DNA of 64,000 nt from Bugula neritina (Eukaryota; Animalia; Bryozoa): assembly GCA_964035545.1 (NCBI GenBank), contig OZ037768.1, forward strand, positions 6,666,741 through 6,730,740. Direction: 5' to 3'. Shown piece after piece: positions 12,701-30,500 of the stretch. The notes beneath the pieces are model-generated. The model searched no databases and was not told the DNA's origin. It worked only from the letters and a program-made list of their open reading frames with translations. Both the position numbers and the translations under genes were made by a program. The first letter of the stretch is position 1, and the number at the start of each line of letters is the position of its first letter.

Positions 12701-15700
12701 TTCTACAAATTTCAAGTTTTAAAGAATAATTATAACACAGCTGATAAAACCAATATAGATTTATTGCAAGATTAGCAAAAATCACCATGATAACTATAAC
12801 AAGCAAAATAACAAGTAAAATAATATCATAATCACAATATAGTTTCAAATTATGTTCAATGATTTTAAAAAGAGTTAAAGCTAACAAGACTCAAATTCAA
12901 ATTGAGTTAGTATATCAACAATTAACATGAGTATATGTCTGCAGAATCATCTACAACCTTTTTCTACTACTTAAGTACCAATTTCCAGCATCATGATCAT
13001 AATTTTAAAAAAATTACGATTCAATTTTTTATTATGATGACAGCCATAATGATAATCATAATGACAGTCAGCAAATCACCCATTAAGTGAAAAGTCAACG
13101 ATTCACTTAAAATTTAAGTAAGTATCTACGATCTATCTACTCTGCTTTCTACTCAATCTCAACAACAATCCCAATAGCAATCACAATGACAAATATTTTA
13201 GTATATATTTAATTTTAATAAATTAGTATCACTCTAGTCACTGGTGATGAGTATGACTATAACATTCACCATGAGTAATATACTATTACTATGAGTATGA
13301 TTATCACTACGATTATCGAGTTCGACTATCAGTATCACTATGAGTACCACAGTCACTATCAGTATGACTATCATATTCACTATCACTCTATCAGTATTAG
13401 TAAAACTATAAGCATCACATTCAGTTTCACCATGACTCAAGAGTATTACTATTAGTATTACTATTAGTATTAGTACGAGTACCACATTTTGATTTACTTT
13501 CAGTATCAGTATGAGTATGACTATTGCTACCAGTATGAGTATCTGTATAATCTTCATCTTGATTAACTCTAAGACTAAAGACTAATCATAATGATTAAGT
13601 GATAATGACCATGAGCAATGAGTTTAAGGCTTAACTTCAAAATCATAATGAGTTCATAATTCAAATTCAAATTGGTGCTAAAAGATTTCGAGCCCAAAGT
13701 AATACTAATTATGCAATATCAAAAATATAATTAAAGGTTTAAGATATCTATTACAAATTAAATTGTGATTAAAGTAAATATTAACCACTATGTGAATGAT
13801 AATTACAATTGACGTAGTTCTAATTGATGTAAATGTCGGATTTGTATTAAATTTACACGCAGCCGGAATTAGCGTGTTGAATCTCCCGCGCAAAACGTAA
13901 TCTTCGCCTCTATTGGATAAATTGCTACATTAAACAATTTGGATAATTTACTGTATTATAGTGTTCCATAACCATGATCTTTGCTACAGTAGAAAACAAC
14001 AAAGGCAAAGCAAAAATTTATATTAATCCTAAACATACATGAGTTCCAGGTCGAATGTGTGGTTTTTGTTGCATACCATATTAAAAATTCTAACCGGCTA
14101 CAAACAATTATGGAGTCAGTTTATATACAAGACTGTGACTTTTTTGATCTCAGGTTAAGAAACACAATCTTTACTTTCAATCTTTGTAATTTTTATTTGT
14201 TCAACTGTTTCACTGGCTATAGTTTAAATGAATCGGTGTTGATTGATATTAAAACTAATAGTATGTATGTCTTATTTAACTAGGTACTATATTACACACA
14301 GCAAGCAAGCAGGTTTTTTCATAGGTTAAAGAATTGAATTTAAGTTTTGAGAAATGCATTTCGCTCCAAATCAGGTTAAAATATATATTAAACTGCTTTG
14401 AATAGCTCATTAAAATTATTTAAATAGGAAGTCTACCATTTAAAGATGTTATAATAACAACTTTTAGAAAAAAATCTTCAATATTTGTTCAAAAAAGTAA
14501 GTTTACATGAAATAGGCTATGTGATTAAATTACTAAAAGTACTAATGCACTTAGTATCTTAAAGCAATCATCACTATCTCTATTTAACCTGCAAATTGCA
14601 TTATAGTATAGTATATATCTGCTGTGACCACATTAAAAAATAAACAGCTCTCAGAAGCATATATTGGCTAATACATTAGATCATACAATTTAAATATATT
14701 CTAGTACATGTGTGTAATCTCATAGAATTGCATGTACACAAAATTTTTGGATTTGAAGTTACTGGTTTTTTTAAGGCAGTATACCAACTTTTTCTCCAAA
14801 AATTGCTATCACAAAAATGATAAATTTTATGCAAAATAAATTATTTGTTAGCATCTTGTCAGTGTTGTGGGTTACTCTGATCTGTGATACAGATTAGAGT
14901 GCATTTGAGTACATGATAATTAGGCAGCATTTGGGTTGGAACATCACATTAGGCGATATGATAATGTAGAACCACAATCTGACTGACTACGAAGGTGCGC
15001 CACCTAGTCTAAGTAACGTAAACATCTAATAAACATAAGCGTGATAAAAAGCTACAAGGTATACCTCTCCTATCAAATGTATCACTTATGGCAGCAAAAT
15101 GATCATAAATTATTAAGCTTGTATTTCTTTATGAAATCAAAGCTTGCTCTTTAAGAAAACATGAAAATATATCTGTCCAAATTAATTAGCCTCAACTGAA
15201 CTATGCAGCCATCAGATGATTCTTCTGCACTTCGTGTCTGTGCACCTCAGTTCGTTTATCAATACCAAATTTTGTGCATTATATAAGCAGTTTTACAGTT
15301 TGATTTCTGGTTATTCCCCAGCTGTTCAAAATTGCATCATGTTGCCCATAAATTTGGTCAATTAATTTGTAGCTGGATTTTTATAATTTCTCATAAATTT
15401 GTAAAAAATATGAGAAACTGGAGCTGGACTAGGAACTATTTCAACAAGATTTATAAATTATAAAGCACCTTAAATATTAGTGTGAAAAATAGGTCAGATT
15501 TTGTTGTTACAAATTCATTAATTGTGTCAAAAAATTTATTATGTTGTTTGTTTTCGTTATTTTTGGTATTACAGGAAGAAGTTTGATTCACTAGTTTACC
15601 TCTTCTTTGTAAATAAAACCGAGTTCGTCGGCTACTCTACGAGCCTCAGTTGGACCACCTATAGTCTCTATGACAAACTCATTGACGTAGTGACCACCTG

Positions 15701-15767
15701 TTGTATCATGTAGACCTGCAACCATTCCTATCAGCATAATGGGAATAGCAATTCCGTTGGTTAACAT
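1044..15767 (-). CDS. PCSK1: Proprotein convertase 1/3 (neuroendocrine convertase 1)-like subtilisin/kexin protease; 12 coding exons in window, 3' end beyond left edge
   Basis: Exons 15600-15767, 12210-12314, 11648-11812, 11098-11256, 10273-10349, 9526-9787, 8607-8819, 8208-8308, 4750-4866, 3988-4098, 2425-2573, 1044-1177 join in phase (587 codons, all GT-AG). Signal peptide, prodomain ending RIREKR, catalytic D (ILDDG), H (HGTRC), N (WASGNGG), S (GTSA), P-domain RGD. PC1/3-type motifs [35 protein letters not shown]. Oxyanion Asn excludes PC2. Confidence 0.9.
2425..2573 (-). CDS. PCSK1: PC1/3 exon, P domain
   Basis: [30 protein letters not shown]; a second in-frame acceptor would start the exon at 2642. 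Confidence 0.88.
3761..3805. repeat. 11-bp minisatellite, about 4 copies
   Basis: (tacttgtaata)-like units. Confidence 0.85.
3988..4098 (-). CDS. PCSK1: PC1/3 exon
   Basis: [36 protein letters not shown]. Confidence 0.9.
4750..4866 (-). CDS. PCSK1: PC1/3 exon
   Basis: [39 protein letters not shown]; weak donor AG|GTTCCT. Confidence 0.9.
6719..6819. repeat. Compound (TA)n/(CA)n microsatellite with an adjacent imperfect AT-rich palindrome
   Basis: Read directly. Confidence 0.85.
8101..8140. repeat. Exact 20-bp tandem duplication
   Basis: aattagttatattactacgt x2. Confidence 0.95.
8208..8308 (-). CDS. PCSK1: PC1/3 exon, catalytic Ser
   Basis: [34 protein letters not shown]. Confidence 0.93.
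8607..8819 (-). CDS. PCSK1: PC1/3 exon, oxyanion Asn
   Basis: [17 protein letters not shown]...DNCECDGY. Confidence 0.93.
9526..9787 (-). CDS. PCSK1: PC1/3 exon, catalytic His and S1/S4 loops
   Basis: [15 protein letters not shown]...[16 protein letters not shown]. Confidence 0.94.
10273..10349 (-). CDS. PCSK1: PC1/3 exon
   Basis: [25 protein letters not shown], 77 nt. Confidence 0.93.
11098..11256 (-). CDS. PCSK1: PC1/3 exon, catalytic Asp
   Basis: [37 protein letters not shown]. Confidence 0.93.
11648..11812 (-). CDS. PCSK1: PC1/3 exon, activation site
   Basis: [15 protein letters not shown]...[15 protein letters not shown]. Confidence 0.9.
11841..11910. repeat. 34-bp tandem repeat, 2 copies plus partial flanks
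   Basis: gtaacatctgcattaaataaaaatagaatacaaa / gtaacatctgctttaaataaatatagaatacaga. Confidence 0.85.
12210..12314 (-). CDS. PCSK1: PC1/3 exon, prodomain
   Basis: [35 protein letters not shown], 105 nt, phase 0-0. Confidence 0.88.
13225..13560. repeat. Degenerate hexamer satellite (AGTATC/AGTATG/ACTATC variants)
   Basis: Repeated agtatg/actatc/agtatt units; gives a spurious Ile/Leu/Val ORF on the minus strand. Confidence 0.75.
13812..13916. promoter_or_regulatory. CpG-rich promoter-like island (E2F-like TCTCCCGCGCAAAA plus CCAAT) inside a PC1/3 intron
   Basis: About 9 CpG in about 100 bp of AT-rich DNA; E2F-like site 13882-13895; ATTGG 13912-13916. Confidence 0.4.
15600..15767 (-). CDS. PCSK1: PC1/3 first coding exon (signal peptide, start of prodomain)
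   Basis: ccttacag|A ATG; [18 protein letters not shown]...[25 protein letters not shown]; GAG|GTAAAC. Confidence 0.85.
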
Positions 15768-16127
15768 TCTGTAAGGAATAAAATAAGTTATTTCTTCCAA
15801 TTCAATCATAAACATTTAAAATGTTCACTCAATTTTCAGAACCTATTTTGTAATCATATGCTAATATTGATACTATAAATGCAAATAGCTGTGCTAGATG
15901 TTGCAAGAATATTTGTTTTTCTTCTAATATATCATTTCAAAACACTATAAACAAACATTTGCTACACAAAAGCATTAAAATTTCATTCCATCAAGAATCA
16001 AGTCTCTAGCAATATGTTAATATTCATGATGCAAAGTGTAATAGAAATTAATCAATTATTAAATGCAGACAGTTTTCATTAGTGATTGTCATATCGCAGT
16101 AATATTTCAATTCAGGGTGTAACTTAC

Positions 16128-16209
16128 CTTGATAATATAGAATATCTATTTTAAGGAACTTGAGTAGTTTTAGTTAATCAAACTGACAAACCATATGCAC
16201 AGCATTCAT
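16128..16209 (-). other. Probable 5'UTR exon of PC1/3 (5' limit unknown) containing a short uORF at 16174-16209
   Basis: Perfect donor AAG|GTAAGT at 16127, upstream of the acceptor that precedes the ATG; uORF MNAVHMVCQFD*. Confidence 0.45.
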
Positions 16210-19200
16210 GGTAAATAATCTGTCACCAAGAAGGACAGTGTATTTGAGCAGCTCTGAGATCAGTACAATGTGGGAGCCAGCATATTTTCTCACTGGCAGA
16301 GATAACACATGCTATGTCAAATTTGCCAACATATCAACTCAATAGTGAAATGATTGAAAGTGTCATGGTGAAACATTCCTACTATTTTACGTTATGAAAT
16401 GGTTAACAATAAGAGTGCTGATATTTTGATTCGGCTAGTAGTGTGTGAAACGTAATATAAAGGACTATGCAAACCAGTCAAGTTATTTTTATATCTTACT
16501 TTTGCTAATATTGCCATTATGTATGACAAATATTGAGAATAATTCTAAGCAAGTTATTGCAATAATTTATAGAATGATCTTTATATTGGTATATTTTTTA
16601 GTTGCCATACGTAATTTTTCTTGCAGACATATGAAAAAGTTTTTAAGCTTCCAATGCAGTTTTGCTTGAGACACATTTACTATTATGTTTATAACATTGA
16701 TGCTCGTAGATGCAGTTTGTCAAAGTAAATGATGTCACTGAGAAATACTTGGGGAGACATCAAGTATAGTAAAAAATTTGCAAAAATCTTCTATTCTGAA
16801 TAGCCTTGATTCTATACAATTTTGTTTCATCAGTTGGAGCGTCTGTCAGTATGTCCTGAATATGACTTTGTGTAATCTACACAAATCCTCTGCAGTCTGC
16901 TTTGCAGGCTGGTTAGGAAATCATTGATAATAGTATTCAGATCAGACAGTAGAATTGGTAGTTGAAAACTCTGCCCAAACCTAAAGGGAGTCCCCGGTGA
17001 AGTACCACACACAAGTTACTCAATGAAGTTATAGTGGCCACAGTAGTACAGCTAGGGACGATTTTAAACTAACAAAACTTCTGCATCAACTCTCGTCTTC
17101 CTAGGTTTTTCCCGAAGGAAAGGATTGTACATTGGAGTCTCCTCACATGAAGCACGCCATGGAGAAATGGTTGAATCAAGTTCACAGATATTGCGAGTTG
17201 GTACAGACCTGTGCTCTAGTTTCACAACTGGAAATAGTTATTAAAATATTTATTATGTATAATTATCATGCAAATGAATGAACAGATTTATTTTTATCTA
17301 GCTGGCTTGATACACAATGCCTCTACCAGTGCCAAAAACCAGCTATCTCTCAAGAGCCTCATAATTACAGAGCGATCAAACTACTCACATTGTTTGCACC
17401 ATTTCAGTGTTCACAAAAATGATCATTTGATGAAGTTAGGTGTTATGTTGATGAGCATGAATGCACATATCGGATTTCGTGATATACAACTGATACCACG
17501 TAACATAAATGGGTGGTTGAAGTCACTATTATTCTATGATACTCTCATTGTCATGTTATTTTCAGATAAAATCTAAATGTCTTCAATAAACCCTTTATGA
17601 GGAACAGTTATATCCTTTTACACACTCTCCATTTTACAAAATAACTTACAAATATGTAGATGAGATACTATTTCATCTCGTTTACTTTTGTCTGAGTAAA
17701 TACTAAATTTACACAATATTTTATGTACAATCATCATAGCAGTGTAATAATAACAATTTGTATAAAGACTGGTACATATGTATGCTTTGTTGGTGCAACA
17801 GCATTTTGTTTGTTAGTCAATTATAAGCATCACAAAATTAAAAGTTGAAGTTGTGTAAACTAAAAGGGCAGCATTTTGTTCAATGAAAGAGCTTATATTA
17901 GCTGTATGAGAGTGCTGGTAAGATATGCGATTAAAACAGCTAATTACAATGTGCAATATTATGTTGGCTTCCTCCTGAAATAGCCAAATAAATTGGCTTG
18001 GATATTTCTTTGTTGCATAAATCTTTACAGTCAGCTATTAAAAGTTATTTACTGGCACTTTTATAGGCTTCTCTATTGAGAATGTAGCAGTTGAGTTGAG
18101 AAGATTGAGCACATCTAGGTTTCACGTATTTATTAGTCTTATAAGATTATATCAAACGAATTGAATGGACATTTTACACCTTAGGAGTGAGACTTACAGC
18201 TAAGTACATTGTCGGTCTGTTTTATTTGCTTTAAATCACACTCAAAGCTGCACATAATTTCTACACCAGTGTGGTTGAATCTTTCTAACTGTGGGTAATA
18301 GGCTATTACGTTGAGGGGTTTCACAGGCAATGTATGCCAGCGAACTTTTGCCTATACCTGCTTTACTCCTATCCTACTTTTCACATGGTGCCGTTATACA
18401 CAAAACTCCAGAAAACTGTAAGAGATGTGAAATCAATCAACTTTCTTGGACATACTATCTCTGAAATGCAAAATGTGCGGATGGTCTGAAGTGTCAAATG
18501 ACCTAAATTTGCAAAACCTTCAAGCCATGCCACTTAATACAGAAGAATGTATTAGCGCCAATAGCTGTCTTGTCTCCAGGCATAAGCTGCATGTCTACGC
18601 TGAATTTATATTAACATGGAGATCTATTAGAGCACAGCTGTTACAAAACATTCATTTTAGACAGTTACAGGTGTAGACCCATCATGTTAACTTGTTAACT
18701 TGTAGTGTTTATTTAATTAATTTAACCTTTTGCAGTAACAATGTCTAAATCATTGTCTGCAGCATTATCACTTGTTCCCAGTGTACATAAACGCTAAAAA
18801 TACTCGGACCTATTGTTATCTACAGTATATGAAGAAAAGTAATAAAAAATAAAGCACAGCTATAAAGTTTTAATTGACAAATATTTTATTTGCATTCTAA
18901 CAACAGTGACAATCACAATAAATATTAACGTAGTGTATAGAAGTGATCAACATGCTTTAACAAAAATATAATTTGATAATAATACTTAGCCTAATACTTA
19001 ATACAATGTTTGAGATTATTGTTACAGGAGTTTGGGAATAAAAACCAAATAGTGAGTGAGATGGGCTTATAGTCAGTTGGTTCAACCATGCTTTCGTTAA
19101 CATTTGAATAAAATTTTTATACAGTGATATTCAAATAAAAACTAAAATAGCTCATACTTGTTATGTTGTACACAACATTAGTATAGATGAACAAAAATAT

Positions 19201-19521
19201 TTTTAACCAACTGCTTTTACTATAAATGGACTAGAACATTTGTTTTCAAGGAACTAAAAAACATATAATTTTCTAATACAATCACTCATCTACTGAATGT
19301 GTAACCTATTTGTAATGCTGCACAGATACCCAATATAAGTTCTGTACTGTACAATCTGGCAACATTACACTTCAATAAAAATATTGAACCAACAAAACTG
19401 AGCCAAAAATATATTACTTTCTTATAGGCATTTATTGAATTTGTTATAATGATTGTCTGCAAAAATTATACTCAAGAGTTTGGCAATATTCAAAAATAAT
19501 CAAAATGATATTAATAGGAGA

Positions 19522-27256
<7,735 letters not shown>

Positions 27257-27394
27257 TTGTATGAATGAATGGAAAGCCGAAGTAGAATTAGATCTTATGT
27301 AGGAGAGAAGAGCGTTCAGACTAAATTGCCACCACAAATAGTCAAATCATCAGTGTAATGAAATTTATCTATAAACCTGGAATGATAACTTCTG

Positions 27395-27565
27395 GCTTTT
27401 TATGCATCATTGGTTACCACAAAATGTTTAGCCAATCACTTGCTTTGTATTCATGTCAATCACTTATGATTGGCTAACTAGCTAACAATTTGTCTATCTT
27501 GCATCAACAGTTTTATTAGCCGATGGTTGCAGTATTGTCGCCACTCGTTTCATGGTTATAATTGG
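27395..27565 (-). promoter_or_regulatory. Tbx2/3 proximal promoter with four CCAAT (NF-Y-like) boxes
   Basis: CCAAT/ATTGG at 27409-27413, 27432-27436, 27469-27473, 27561-27565, 150-310 bp upstream of the ATG. Confidence 0.55.
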
Positions 27566-30500
27566 CCACTAATCACTCTGGGGTATATAGAGCTATTAGT
27601 CATAACAATATTTTATCTGCTTTTCTATAAGCAATGCAAAACCACACATTAATTGTGGTTAAATAATATTGAATTCATAATTAACCATTGATTAGCAAGA
27701 GAAGAAAACTAAAAGAAAGGAGGCAAAAAGGTCTTATATTGTTGGCACCAGAGATAAAAGCCATAATATAAAATAATTACAGCTTTAGGCAATTATAACA
27801 TGATATTCTTGTAAAAGGTGCTTCCAACACAGTTGAGAATTTCTTTTCAAAAGAGTAGCAAATCAGTTTTAAAAAGGAAATGTCTATAATAAAAATATAT
27901 GTAAACATCAATAAACTAAAACTAAAAACTTTGTTGAGCTGAAAGAATTATTTAAAAAGAAGAAATAATGCTATAAGCTGTGTATTGCTATACTCTGTGT
28001 TAGCAGAAGTTTAATGATGTATGCTTAAAGTGTAAAAGTAAATAACTTAATGTATAAACTGCCAAAACTGATCACCAAAGAATTGCCTTTGATCGTGCTT
28101 AGTGAATAGGGTTTAAGTGGCAGAGCAAATATGAAATTTTGAGATTAAATGTACAAGAGATGCTCAAGCACCTGAACTCTCACAGCCTCTGCTGGTAAGC
28201 ATCTCCCAAGTATTGTATAAAGCATGCCAAGTAAATATTGAAATAACAAATTCAATTTTTTTGCTGCTAATTGAATTAAAACACTTCAACATAAGAAGAC
28301 TTACAGCTTGTAAATCACATTTATATGACAATAATGATTGTCCTTCAAAGTTTTTATTTACCCCTTTGAGATTCTAGAGTGGTGCACTATACAAATTCAC
28401 TGTAACAAACTGTACATGTTTTAAAAGGTTGTACTATGCTATGAGGTTGACAGACTAAAGAGGAATTAGCTTTCAATAATCTGGGAGTATTAAGATTCCT
28501 GCCATACTAAGTTTGAGTTACAACCTTGACTTTGAAATTCTAATGCAAGGTAGATGTTTTTTCCAGATAAAAATCTACCTATGATATATCATATAGCAAA
28601 AGAATTTAGTGGAAAGATGCACATATCCCATTAATTACATAATGAATGTAATAATACACAAACATTCAAATAGTAGGCTTTTTTGTATCTCTTATTATCA
28701 TTTCACCAAAAAGACAATGATCCACACTTTGCATGTGCTTCAAGGCTAACATTACCAATGTTGTTATAAGATTAATCTATACAGGAGATCATGACAACCG
28801 CTGTCGCCAATGACTGATGTTTGGAAAGAGTTAACAGTTTATCATGATCCTGTTATTCAATATATCAGAGTATCTATTGGGACCTGCGTAGGAACAGCTT
28901 TGCTTATTGACACAAGCAAGTGTTAAGATAATTAAAATGAGCATGATAAAACTGTCTAGGTGTGAACATTTTATTGTGTAGTCATGACCAACAAATACCT
29001 CCCAATATTTATGCAAATTCAGTATGGCGCCGTGAGCATGTTGACTGATTAACCTGGAGTAAACAAAAGTGCTATTGCTAGCCTATTTATCTTTGCCGAC
29101 TGCTATAACAGCGAGGCATATCTATAGCAATTAACTTCTACCTAATCATTATTAAGTTCCACCCCAAATATAAGGGAAACATTCTTTGGTTAGGTATCAG
29201 TTGTGTTGAAAATGTTTCAACGCTAGATTGTCAAATCAGATTTAACTGAGAAAATACCAGCTTATGCTTAATTTACCACTAATGATGTTGAGTTAGCCCA
29301 AGGCTGGTATTGGTTAAATGTTTACAACACCATTATATATACAATGCATGCGTAGATGTAGCTGTTCTCGTCACTTCCAAGTGTTCTTTCACTCAGATTA
29401 ATGAATGTGGCGACTATGATCAGAATACATGCTTTAAAGAGTTCTCTATTTCAATGTGCGAAGACAGACACGGGGTGACAGCTATCACATTCTTGGTTTT
29501 TACAAAGACAGACTCAGTTAGAGACCACAGGCTACAAGTTTTAGGTGAATTGAAATGCCCTTCAAATCAGAGTGTGTTGCACCTACTTTTGTAGCCACAG
29601 ATACCAGAGCCCACCACCTAACATGTGTACTAGTCATCTTCATTCATATCAGCTATTAATAGCATAATTGTTTATTAGAAAATCTGTGATTGTTAGTGAA
29701 ATAGATATATGCTTTGGCGCTGTCAACCGTTTGAAGGCATATCTATTACCAATTTTCTTGCTTGTAAAGTTTGTAAAATGCTATAAACAATTAATAAAAT
29801 ATTGTGATTTGTTAACATTTTCACAGTCCACAGTGTATAGTTTTAAGTGCAGATTACAACAAGTATGCACTGAGGTTTTGACACCATGTTTGTTTTTGTA
29901 AGATCAAGGTATGTAACATCACAGCTAACTTTCCCCTGCTGCTACTACATAACCACCAGAGTTCCAGACCTACGTGCCTGTTTCAAGGCCAAGTAAGTGA
30001 ATAAATAATATTATAAATATATTCACATATCTCTGCAGGGCATAGAGTACACTAGTGCTGCAGATAGACCGGCAAAGCTGAGTTATTTCTAGTACAGCGT
30101 ACCTCACTGACACGCAGAGTCAAGTGCTGTAGACAACTTGTGATGTTTTGTAGGTAATCTTATAAGATACAGAGGTTGATTACTAGTGCACCTCGCAGCT
30201 TTGCTGTTTCAGCAAATCTATAAAGTCACCATTAATTTAGTCTGCTCCGTGTTTACACCCAATGCTTCATATCTGCAATGCCCATTACCTCATTCTGTTC
30301 TTTCTGTTATACTTTTATGCTTAGGCTTATTGAAATCAGTGGTTATTGCACACACTGACTATTTACAACAATACAATCTGAAGTCATCACTTCAAAATAT
30401 ATACTTTAAGCAAGTTTCACTTTATTTAATGGTTGAAAGCTATGCTATACTAATATAGTTATAATATGCCTCACAAATGTGTTTATATTGTATATGTGAA

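Noticed and set aside
13234-13557. 107-aa hydrophobic ORF resembling a membrane protein
   Set aside because: It is the translation of a degenerate hexamer satellite inside an intron
14880-17495. Box C/D-like TGATGA...CTGA segments suggesting a snoRNA host gene
   Set aside because: No terminal stems or recognisable rRNA-complementary guides
29310-29594. ORF with INECGDYDQNTC...CEDRHG resembling a calcium-binding EGF repeat
   Set aside because: Only three Cys fit the pattern, the expected phase-1 exon structure is missing and there are no companion exons
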